Source: Raillietiella orientalis (lineage: Eukaryota). Taken from it: a stretch of DNA of 64,000 nt. The stretch is taken from assembly GCA_036172245.1 (NCBI GenBank), contig JAYWIR010000039.1, positions 62,001 through 126,000 on the forward strand, written 5' to 3'. This document shows positions 48,400 to 58,900 of this stretch, one piece after another (the stretch's first letter is position 1; every line of letters starts with the position of its first letter). The notes beneath the pieces were generated by a model. It made no database searches, had not been told where the DNA came from, and saw only the letters and a list, made by a program, of their open reading frames with translations. The translations under genes were made by a program, and so were the position numbers.

Positions 48400-50499
48400 T
48401 TTGAGGGGGGGGGGGCTTCAGCCGCGAGCTGCCACCTGCGCGATTCGGATGACCTTGGAATCCCCGGAAGATCTCGCTGCCTCCATGGGGGAGACTCTCA
48501 GCTTTCGGGAGAGGAGGAAACCGACGACGGCCTGGTTACCAGGGCAACCTCCCCGACCGACCAACCGGACTCCACCTCCGCACCCTTCACCTTTCTCCCT
48601 GAATCGGCGTAGCGCAAGAGGCTTCCTCCTCCCCTCGCATCCATGGAAGCCATGGCTTCCAGGGCTCCCCTTGTGTTGAGACAGCGGAAAGGAGAAGAGA
48701 GGAGGGGGGGGGGCTGAGCAACTCCTTTCCTTCGTTGCCGCCTCCCACGCACAAGGTCCCCTCCCCCTCCTTGCCACACCTGGATGCCCGCACTTGAGCG
48801 GCTGTGAGTTGGACCAGAGGCGGGCCTCTGCATCCCGGCCCGAAACCCCTTCGGCGCGGTCTCCTCCCTCGGGAAGCCCCTCTCCATCTCCGGGAACCCT
48901 CCCGCTCCCGACTTCGGTTTCGCACGCGCAACACCAGATCCCTCCGGGGAGAGGGTCGGAGGAGGAAAGATCAGGGCAGCAGGTTTGTCCCGTCTGCCTC
49001 CCCTCCCCCCTTTGGCCCGCATGGGCTGCATGCAGCCGGTACAGCGAAGGAACGGAGAGCCGGCCGCGCTTGCACGGAGGCCCCGATGCCGGCGGCAGCC
49101 GACCGACCGACCGCGAGCGGCGGGAGTTTCTGGAACGGTCGCCTCGCGCAACCAGCTCCGGTCCCGGCCCCAGAAGCCCCCTGGACGCCGGAACGTTCCT
49201 TTCCGGCATGGCGCTTCCTGGAGCGGCGCGGGCCGACCTTGCTCGTCTCGTCCTGACCCGGAGTGGAACGTCAGGAACGGCCCGCCGCCGCGGAGGGCGA
49301 CCCGCTTCCCTCCTTGTCGCTTCCAGGCTCAGCCAGTCGGTCAACCAGCTCTCCAGCCAGAGGGTCCGGCAGGGTGCGACGACCAGGGTCCTCGGCATCC
49401 CTGGATACAGCGCTGGCGGTCGCAGCGCGTCGGTTCGTGGGTTCTCCCGCCGTCAGCGCCACCGACAGCACGGTGACGCCGCCCACGGAAGACGGCGGCG
49501 GCTGCTCCTTTCCTCCCAGCCTCCCGCATCGAACGCCCGAGTGCATCCTTTTCGCACCCGTTGTTACCGAAGCTCATCGCCTTGCTCGCTCCCAGGGGTC
49601 GCCCGCGGCCTTCCCTCCTCCTGGAAAGGGCACCAAGGGGAAAAAAATAAAAACAGAGCGAACTTCTGCGTCGACGGACCTCCTGACCCTGCAGCCTCTG
49701 CTGCCATCGGGTCGGACCTGGAACGGCCGGGTCGCATGGAGGCGAGAGGGTTCTGCCCGCTTCGCGCAGAGACCCACACCGGCTGCTCCTTAGATCGCTT
49801 TCCACGCGATGAACGAGCGACCGACCCACCGTCTCCTTCCATCCGGGTCGCCCAGGAAAGACCTCAGGAGACGCACGCCTTGGGCCACAGGCATCCCTCA
49901 GGAAGAGCAACGGAGTGATTGCGCATCCAAGGAAACGCTTCTCTCGGGCGATCTCCCTCACTTCAGTCAGCTCGCCCTTGCGGAGAAACGCGCACACACA
50001 AAAGCTACAGCTTTCGTGCAGAGCAGCCTTTCGGCTAAGAAGGAAAGGTCCGTCCATCTCGACGGCCTTCCGAACTTCCCCCTCTCTGGTCGCCTGGCAA
50101 CGACGCGAGGCGTCTGAAGAGCTCCGCTTTCGTCGCGGGGATACGTCCAGACCAGCTTCCCGACACCCGGCCGGACGGTCGCAGGCAGTCGCTCGTCCTG
50201 GCTACCACCGCGCGCCCCCAGCACACGTCGCGGCCGTGCCGGAGGCGCTCTCCTTCTCCTGTCCTCGCCGATGCTTGCTTGCGCCGCCCTTGCTCAGGGT
50301 GGGCGCGAGGGGCCGCCCTCCGCGTCGCTGGCTGCGCAACGCTTCGAGAGGCAAGGGTGGGTAAAGGGAGCAGGTGACCGGGACCGCGGGTGGGCGTGCA
50401 GGGAGTGCAACCGGGGCGCGTGCGCGCCGGCGTGGCACCCTCCCCTTCCTCCATGGGGACAGTGCCATCTGCCGCTGAGGTCGGTGCGCGCTCCTTGCA
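48400..50499 (-). mobile_element. Decayed LINE (ORF1 end, endonuclease, downstream ORF2), cut at 50499
   Basis: Contains copy 2 of the 535-bp repeat; minus-strand DLSFLAERL and SFLGDPD (resembles GDFN). Confidence 0.5.
49966..50499 (+). repeat. Copy 2 of the 535-bp direct repeat
   Basis: Matches 43501-44036. Confidence 0.95.
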
Positions 50500-53400
50500 A
50501 CGCGGGAGTTTCACACCAGGTCAGGAGACCTCGAATGCCATGGCCCTGCTCTTTTTGCGGGGGGCGAGGAGCGCCATAGCCATGGGCACATCGAGAGGAT
50601 GGTCCGCGCAGCCGACCTGGAAGAAGGGTCCGCGTCCTCGTTTCTGGACGCGCTGGACGCGCTCGTGTCGTCAATGGCTGGCATTCCTCTGGTCAAAGTC
50701 GGTCCCCGACGGCAGTGCCGTGGCCTCACCGCTTCCATCAGAGTCCCTGATCTCCCCCTGATTCGAGCCTCACAGGCTCGAATCAGGGGACGAAGGAACG
50801 CGGCTTTTCGCCCCCGGGCGTCAAAGGGACCCCCTTTCCGATGGCCTGTTGGCTACCGATTGTCGAATCCTGACCCTGGGCGGAAAATCCCACTCTGGGA
50901 GCACCGAGTCAGGATCCTTCGCGGTTCGATCGGCTTCGGGTGCAGAGGAGACGCCAGCAGGACTGTGTTCCGGGGCCGGATCGCATCCTAGTTGCCCCAG
51001 AGCAAACCTGGCGCGTTCCCCTCCCTCGCTTCGTCCTCCCAGGTGCCTTCCGCGATTCCTGACCCGCTCCACGCATGGCAACCCGGGGCGGCGGCGGCAG
51101 ACGGATTTCGGGGGAGGGAGGGGGAACAGCCTAGAAGTTCGGCCGGGGAGTTTCACCGCCCGGTCCTCCACGCAAGCGCGACCAGATTCAAGCGGCAGAA
51201 GGACTGGCCTACGGTTCGCCCCCGCGGGCGTTTGCCGGCCCCGCATGCACTGGGGTCGAGAAGATGGGGGGGGAAGGTGACTTTCTCGCCGACTCTCCCG
51301 GAAAGGTAGGGTTCGGTCGGTTTTCGTGGCCTTTCGACGTGCTGTCCTCTCCCTCGAACGGGAGATCTCGACCCTCCGCAACTGCCGACTCGACGCTGCG
51401 GGAGCAGCTCTTCCGCGCGGGGGAGGCTGCTGCCTAGCTGACGAGAGATTCTGGAGTGTCCCCTTGTTCGGGACCGCCTGCGCGTCTCGAGAGCGTGCAT
51501 CAAGTCCCACTCAAAAGCTTCCGCGCATCACGTTCAAGAGGCTCTCAGGATGCAGAATCGACCACGAGAGCCGGCAGGTTGCCCAGTTCGTACTCTACTG
51601 ACCACCTGGTCACTTCCGCTAGGAACTCTCGCTCGACACCGCCACGGACGACCGAAAGGCGACAGGTCAAGTGGATCTTGCATTTATTGCTCCAATTTAT
51701 TGGAAAAAGTGTGGGTCGGCACCCCTTCGGTCCTCCAGGAGGTACAGCGAATTGGCGGCCTGGGTCAAGGAAGCTGCTCAAAAACGGTGGTGGCCTCTAG
51801 TTAACGCCGTTCTTCCCAGAACTGATTCGAAGCTGCGATCGGAGCCTCGGAGCTTCAGCAGCAGCGGAGATTTTTAAGAATCTTCAGGGGAAGCACGAAA
51901 ACGGGAGGTACGATGGAATCGAAGGGAAGCCAGTGCAGAAGATTGGTTCTCCCCTTCGCCGCTAGAGGCGCACCTGCAGCGGCGCGGGCGATGGTCGTAG
52001 AATCCCTAGGGTCATGGAATCCGGCAGAAGGCGAAGTATCCGGTAGAAGCAACAAAGAGCCCGCAGCAATCAGATAGAACTCAGGTTAGGAAGGTAACGG
52101 TGAGTATAGCATCAGCCATTTCAGGGAAAGGATCTACTGGAATCGCGGGTCGGGTTGGACTGCCGGCCGACTCGAACGGCGACTTTCGAAATTCAAGTAT
52201 TTCAACAGATAGCCAGCAGACGCCTCTGTGGGCACAGAGGAACGCAAACCCGCATGGGACGGCCAACGTGGACCGAATGACCTGCTCAGGAAGGCGCTTT
52301 GGGTGTTTCTGGAGCAGGATCTGCAAGCACAGGCACACCGGCACTTCGGAATCTTTGCCGAATTCACGGAACCCTCTGGACGATTCGGGTACGTCGCGGA
52401 GGATTCCCTCTAGGCAACCATTTTGCGATGGGTTTCCTTCTTTCGACTGTTCAAGGATCTCCGGAAAGATCCAGTTAGACCGTGTCTCTTGAGATTTTCT
52501 CTGTCTCGACAGGAAAGATCGAAAGGAGCATGCGAAAAGTATTTGGGCAGAAACCAAGCGAAAAAATGAGGTCCGCCTGAATGGGAAACCATTCTTCTTC
52601 TTCCGGATGAAGGTTAGAAAGAGCTGAACGAAGCGCACCTCAAGAGAATCACTAGATCCTCTTGAGGGGAATCGAATTCGATGGTGCTCGAGAGGGGAGT
52701 TCTTGAAAGGAACCCAGCACAAATCCGATAGCATCTTAGATGGGCCCTGGAGCATTCAGAGGGAGGAAGAGGATTCCTTGCGCGACTTTATGTTTGCTTT
52801 TTCCTTGCGCGGAGAACCACTCTGCCCTTCCCAAAGGAGTTCTCGGTGCGACTCCGGCAGGGCGTGCGCACACCCCACTGCAGTATGTCGAAACATCAGA
52901 CGCTGAGATCAGGTGTCTCGACCACGTATGAGAGAAAGCAGGACGCATCGATTGAGGGCGCCATTCGAACAGAATGGCGCCCTCAATCGATGGCTGCGTT
53001 CGCAAACAGGGAGACTCGACCGTGCACGAAGGAACGAACACCATTTCTTGTTCGAGTTTCCTCTTGAGCAAAGCGGCAGTCTTCAACGAGCCTGAGCTAC
53101 AAGGCTTGCTAGATGCTGCTTAGTCACTCCCGAAGGAACGTGCGTTCAACCACAGAGGTGATACTTTTGAAATCGGCTGCCATCTTGGCTGCCAAGCCCG
53201 TTTGCAAGTGGCAATATGATCGCACCTCGGTAAAACTTCGTGCCGATACTGCGCGAAGTACAGTGAAATAAAGGCAAAAGGCAAGTGATGACAGTTGCCT
53301 ACCGGCGGGGTGGGAGGTCGCTTGCACCATCGCAGGAGCAACCCGACCCATGGGCGGCTGGAGGACTTGCGAGCTGGCAGACGCTGCCACGCCTCGCAAC

Positions 53401-54180
53401 ATCGCGAAGGGACTCCTTCGGTGGAGCGAACTTTTAAGTGTATCCCCCGAAGAACTTGTGGTCTCCCCCCCTGTTTGAACACTTCTGTGTTTCGTTTGAG
53501 CTGGAAACAGGACGTCATCATGCTGGTTCATCGGGGTTTTCACTCCAACCAGCGGACGAACCGTGTTTCCGGTGGAGTTGTCTCCCTGAACTGTAAACGG
53601 TGCGGGGACGTGGAGACGCTCCCGCACCTGCTCTTGGACTGCGGTGTCCTCCAAGGACTGTGGCGGAGGCTGGCCTCAGCTCTCCTGCTCCAGGGGGACA
53701 CCGCAAGGGATTCGATGCGCCGCTTTTTCACGCCAGGCGGCCTGTCCTTAGGTGCTGTCATCGCAACGGTCTGTTGCACCCGCGCCATCGACAAGGCCCA
53801 CCGAGAGCTGGAGAAGCTGGCCATTCTCCGTCAGCCCACCGGAATAGTCGGCGAGAACATGACGTCGGCTGCCGAGTGGGCCCATCTTCCAGAGGACGTT
53901 AGGAGCGAGATCACCGGCATCCAAAGCCGGTTCTGAAGGAAAGGAACGGCCCAAACCAAAGACCCCTGCCCCCTACCCTCCCCACATCTTTATTTCTATT
54001 TTTTTATATGTGTATTCGTGGCCCCCTCCCCTCCCGTTCCGGAATTTCGGTTTACCGACCTGCGTGTCGGGGACCGTTCCTTCGTTTTTCTGTGTCCTTT
54101 GTCCGGGAACTCTGTTCCCGGGTAGTTTAGTAATAAGCGACCCGGGTGAGAAGCAAAGGGCGCAGATGGGGGACACCGAC
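50500..54180 (+). mobile_element. Near full-length decayed L1/Tx1-like element with the best-preserved zinc finger
   Basis: STDHLV and SGSCIYCSNLLE (endonuclease end, about 51595-51705); LERGVLERNP (resembles RGVRQG-x-P, about 52690). ORF 53295-53936 reads HRGFHSNQR...NCKRCGDVETLPHLLLDCGVLQGLW (C-x2-C...ET..H-x4-C...W, zf-RVT type) and ends WAHL...*, followed by a structured 3' UTR. Confidence 0.85.
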
Positions 54181-54395
54181 GAAGGCATTGCAATGTAGCT
54201 TCACTTCATGCCTTTTCTTCAATCTTCCACCTCCCTTCGCCCCTCCAAAAAGAAATGCCATCACATTAAAAGAAGAAAAGAAACCCCGTGTAACAAAGGA
54301 CTGAAGACAGTAGTCAGGCTTTTCGGTTAATTCTAATAAATCTCCATCTCTAGTTGGGCATTCTAGCAACAGGGAAAGGGTCAGGTGGATGTCTT

Positions 54396-54401
54396 TTTAT
54401 T
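54396..54401 (-). promoter_or_regulatory. Candidate polyadenylation signal of LIPT1
   Basis: TTTATT on + reads AATAAA on -, about 150 nt past the stop codon. Confidence 0.5.
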
Positions 54402-54552
54402 GGCTCCTTTTCAGTGAGTAGGAAGGACCCAGCAGCATGCGCTTCACCGAGATCTCGAGATTTTCTGGCACTGGCATTAACAGCTGCTAGAAGTTACCGG
54501 AAGTAAGTATGGATGGCTCACTGACGTCAACCAATTCGATTCCGCGAATGCA

Positions 54553-56115
54553 CTAGAGGGTGCTACTTTGCTGCAGGCCCTTTTGTCTCAAGATGCTCAG
54601 GATGTGCTGTACGTACTCCGGGGTGAAGCAAGCATTCGAGTACAGGGCCCTCAAGTACGCCGACACGTTCTCCGAATTGGTACAGAGCTGCGCGATGCGC
54701 CCTTTGATGATTTCCATTTCGCAGAGCGCATCCGCTGCTGCCAGCTTCAGTTCGAATTTCGGAGAACTGCCGTACACCCATTCCCAACTATTCAAGAAGA
54801 GGAAACTCGAATCCAACCCTAAAAAAATGGAAAACTTACATTCATTCATTAACAGCCCTGGGGCTTCGACGGCGCACCTTGCCTGAAACGAACACATTTC
54901 ACTGTTCACATTCAGGAGTAGGAGGCTGCTAAAAAAATTTGACGAATCGGGAATTGTGGCAAGGCAAGGGTGCCCAAAGTTAATTACGAATAATTTCGAA
55001 AAAATACGAAATGGGAAGAAAAATGGCGTACGGTGCTTTACTGCGTCATACTGCCACGGTTGAGGGCGACGCTGTTTTTATAATGAAATTTTTCAACTGG
55101 GTATATGATAACGGATAAATTTTAAAACCAAAATGTCCTGTCAAATAAAATTCTCCGATTCTCTGATCTCTATTCTTGTATACAAATGCTTACTAGAACT
55201 CTTAATCATTGAATACAAAAAGACCAATTTGTGAGTTTTACAAACCTGGGAAATGTTTCTCATCAGGATTCACATATAACAACGGTATTGGGTAACCACC
55301 ACTGTGTTTCAATGCAAATTGCCTAGCAATTCCATCAACAACTTGCTCTACAGTAATTTCAGAAACAAAATCTGACAAACAAGCAATATTACTGGAAATG
55401 CTTTGAGTAGCTCTTGATTTATATGCAATCTAAAAAAAAATGCTTTGGTGACTCTATGGAGATCCAGTAGGATTCTCACAATGTCTGGAGTTAATGCTTG
55501 AATCAGTGCTTTTTTGTCAGTACTGACCAAAACAGTAAAATGATGATATGCCTTCTCCCTTGACAATTTTGATGCAGTTCCTGAAACCTGCCAACAGCAA
55601 ACATGGATTTAAAAAACACACACGAAAAAAGAAATTAATTACTGTACCTTTAAATCATTAATTCTTATATCATCTCGAGGAGTCACCACACAATTTAAGC
55701 TCCAAACTTGTTTCAAAACATCACATAGCAAATGTAGGTTATCTTTTCTGGAATATTTCTGGCGACTTGTAAAAAATGTGCAATTCAGATTCCCTTGATC
55801 ATGATACACTGTTCCACCACCACTGTTTCTTCTGGCCAACATAATATTTCTGTCTTCAATAAACCCATGATTGACTTCTAGCCAGGCATTTTGATGCCTA
55901 CCAACAACTATGCAAGGTCTGTTTATCCATAAGAATAATACTTCATTATTTGTCAAATCAGCATTTTTAAATATCCAATCTTCCAATGCTAAATTTCTGA
56001 ACACATCATGAGACTGTGAAACAACTGTGCATGGTCTTGAAAACTGGTTGGTTGTATACTGCTTAATGACAGGAACTGACCATTGCAATAAATGAAGTGC
56101 TTTAGAAAGCTTCAT
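54553..56115 (-). CDS. LIPT1: Lipoyltransferase 1, mitochondrial; exons 56115-55648, 55587-55480, 55429-55246, 54818-54553
   Basis: Motifs NLALEDWIF, LWINRPCIVVGRHQNAWLE, RRNSGGGTVYHDQGNLN, K|VSGTASKL..AYHHFTVL, KSRATQS, PDEKHFPG and SWEWVYGSSPKF. All introns are GT-AG and in phase. Confidence 0.96.
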
Positions 56116-58399
56116 TAATATCAATTGAACCAAGTCTCTACTCTAGTAACAGCTATGCAGAAACACAATGGTCCTGTACACCCCAAGGCATTAATATCAA
56201 TGATTATCAGCTCAGGTCCAAATGCATGTGACATTTAAAAACATTTCTCTGATTGTGAAGAGATCATGAAACTTCCTCAAAGTTGCTTGCAATATCACAT
56301 ATAGTGTATTCCAGCAAAGAAACTAGTGTCTTGTGGGATTCTGTGCCACTGGATACCTTAAATTAATGAGCATCTGATGGAATGTGAGTACTGCTTCTGC
56401 TATTACCTGCATAATATCCACGTACATGATTTTCGAATCCTAATTTTCTGGATTCTCATGATTAATTTCAAACTATAAAAAGCAATCAAAGTTCCTATAT
56501 AATCAGGATACATGTCAGTTAAACAACTGGATACGTACAAGGCATGAAAAACTACTTTGATAGCAGATGTAATGCTTTGGGCAGACAGCAATGAAATTTT
56601 TTTTCTAAATAAATACGTAAAATTACCCGGCCAAAGGTGTAAAATTTTCGCAATGGAAACTGCATTCTTTTTTTTACGTGGGGCTTTGCAGTAAATGTTG
56701 ACATGAAATAATGCAAGCGTGGATATGGCTGAATCGCAAAAGAAACAGAACTTTGGATCATTTCCTAACGATACTGGGAGACATTCAAACGGAAGCCTCT
56801 CATCAAGCACTGAGATTAATGCAGATGGATCATCATATCATCACAATTTGAACTGGCTGAGAACGATGACAGAGGACGGTTGGCAGCCGAAACGCCGGAG
56901 AGGACTTTTCGTTCACGCGCATTCTTGCGAGAAACTGCCCCACGGGCATTACGAAGTTCAACTTCAATCGACTGCAGACCTTAGCAAGGTCGAGAATAAC
57001 CTAACGGGAACACTCGTGTACTTTTGCAGAAACCGAACCAACTTTTACGATTCAACCCCCGTGCACAAAAGGCTGTAATCGCCTCGCAAAAGGCCCCCAA
57101 AGCAAGGCACGATCCCGTTTCGAGCTCTGGAGGAGAGAGAGAGAAAAAAGAAGAAGAAAAAAAAAAATACGTTCTTTATGCTGACGTCACAGATCTTTTA
57201 CCCTTGCGACCACGTTGAAGGGCGGAGAGCCACCATCGGCGTTGATCGCTCGCCAACAGCCGTCGCCTCGTTGCAGTCTTCTCAGGCACATCCGTTTCCT
57301 TTTCTGAGCAAAACAAATCGGGGGGGGGGGGGGGGGGGAAATGGAAAAAAAAATCCCTGTTTTCTGAAAGGAAAAGGAAAAGGACATAACCTCACAATTT
57401 CCCTCAACGGTTCCGGAAAATTTATCGTCATGGCACTTGGAGGCGGCATGGAGTTGAGAAAGGAAACTTCATAACGCTTGAGAACAACTCATAAACGAAG
57501 TCTTCTTAATGGTTGTAAACTTGCATGTAGGAAAGCAAACACCAAGAAATTCAAGTCAGTTCGTACAGAGTCGTACTGTCGAGACATCGCAAAAGTTACA
57601 ATGCTATAAACATTGTAACAACTCACATTCTAATGAAAGTATAATAACTATTGGGTTGCAGAAGAAATGAAAGTTTCATACCAAAGAAATGAAATTCTTG
57701 GTAATAACCAAGACATGAATGCACCTTTATTTTCGTGGTTTTGAATGACAGCTTTAACGTCTTTTGCTGAAAAAATGGATTCAGAGTGAACAGGTTTCTA
57801 AAAAGTAAACAATATTCAAAATTATGTGAACAAAAGAACTGAACCTCACCAAAGTCTCATAGGATGTTTTAACAAATAAGCCCCCAAACAAGGAGGAAAG
57901 CCATGTTCCCATTTTGAAACACATTAGTGCAGATTGGAAATTTATTTACCTTTACATCAAAAGCTAAATACCAAAACTGCTTTTTAGAAAGCCAAAGAAC
58001 CATCAACTCTTCGCAGAATAATTAAATACATACAAGCAGAAAATCTGCATGTCTAGAGCAATATTGACTCTGTTCGAACGCCATTTACACGTGAAAGACT
58101 CCAGCACGGTTTACCTTTTCGTTCACTTTCTTCCACAATTCGTTGGCAACCCTTCTATATTCGACCGTAAAAACGAAACTTAATCAAAGAAAGTTACGCA
58201 AGCATTACTGCCACGCTCAAAATGTTTGACAATGCACATGAAAGCATACGCAAAAAAAACAAGGAAAACAAATGAGAGATCTGATTACTTTTAACTGCAT
58301 AGTTTAACGTATCCTTGGCTTCAGAATCGAAAGGAAGGATTTAAGAATTCTGAAGATCAAGAGAGTAAAAAATCCAGCTTTTCAGAAAAGGAACTGCTT

Positions 58400-58900
58400 G
58401 TCTTGTTGAAGAATGGTTTAGTTATGGGTACTGTAAAAAGGCTGCCAACAACGACTGCGCGGTTGCACCACCGCCACCGCCTCGAAGGATTCTTGCTCTC
58501 GCCCGGAGACAACCGGCGCATCTCGTGGCTCCTTCTTGGGCACCCAAACATCTGGGATGATGGGGTCGTTGCACGGTGCAGCCTGAGAAGACAAGGTGGG
58601 ACTTCGCGGCCTGACGACACACCGCGAAGATCGCGTAATCAACGGCTCGAGGACTCCCGGCCGTTGCGTAGAGACCACGTGGTTTGGAGGCCTCGTAGTG
58701 CCCGGGGAGCCGGCCGGTTGGCGCACCGTGGAAGACGGGCGCCAGTGAACGGGCATGACGGTGCTCCTCGCGGAGGTGCTCTGCAACCATCTCGAGCTTC
58801 GTCCGGCGCGTCCGCAGACGCCCTCCTGGTGAAACCGTGGTGCCATCATCTGCCCTCGACCAAACTGTCACCAGCGGGGAAGGCGAAACGGCCGAGGCAA
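58400..58900 (-). mobile_element. Decayed repeat paralogous to 31430-32100 (probable LINE ORF1 fragment)
   Basis: GC-rich island in AT-rich flanks; collinear similarity to 31510-32080. Confidence 0.65.

Noticed and set aside
43501..50499. LTR retrotransposon bounded by the two 535-bp repeats
   Set aside because: The repeats end in CA but do not start with TG. No PBS, PPT or TSD was seen and there are no protease or integrase motifs. The repeat itself encodes LINE endonuclease-like remnants.
23233..50991. Numerous long Arg/Pro/Gly-rich ORFs (e.g. 23250-24575 +, 27300-28424 +, 32688-33770 +, 40383-41894 +, 48794-49918 +)
   Set aside because: Explained by stop-codon scarcity in GC-rich DNA, antisense shadows of real exons, or read-through of frameshifted TE remnants.
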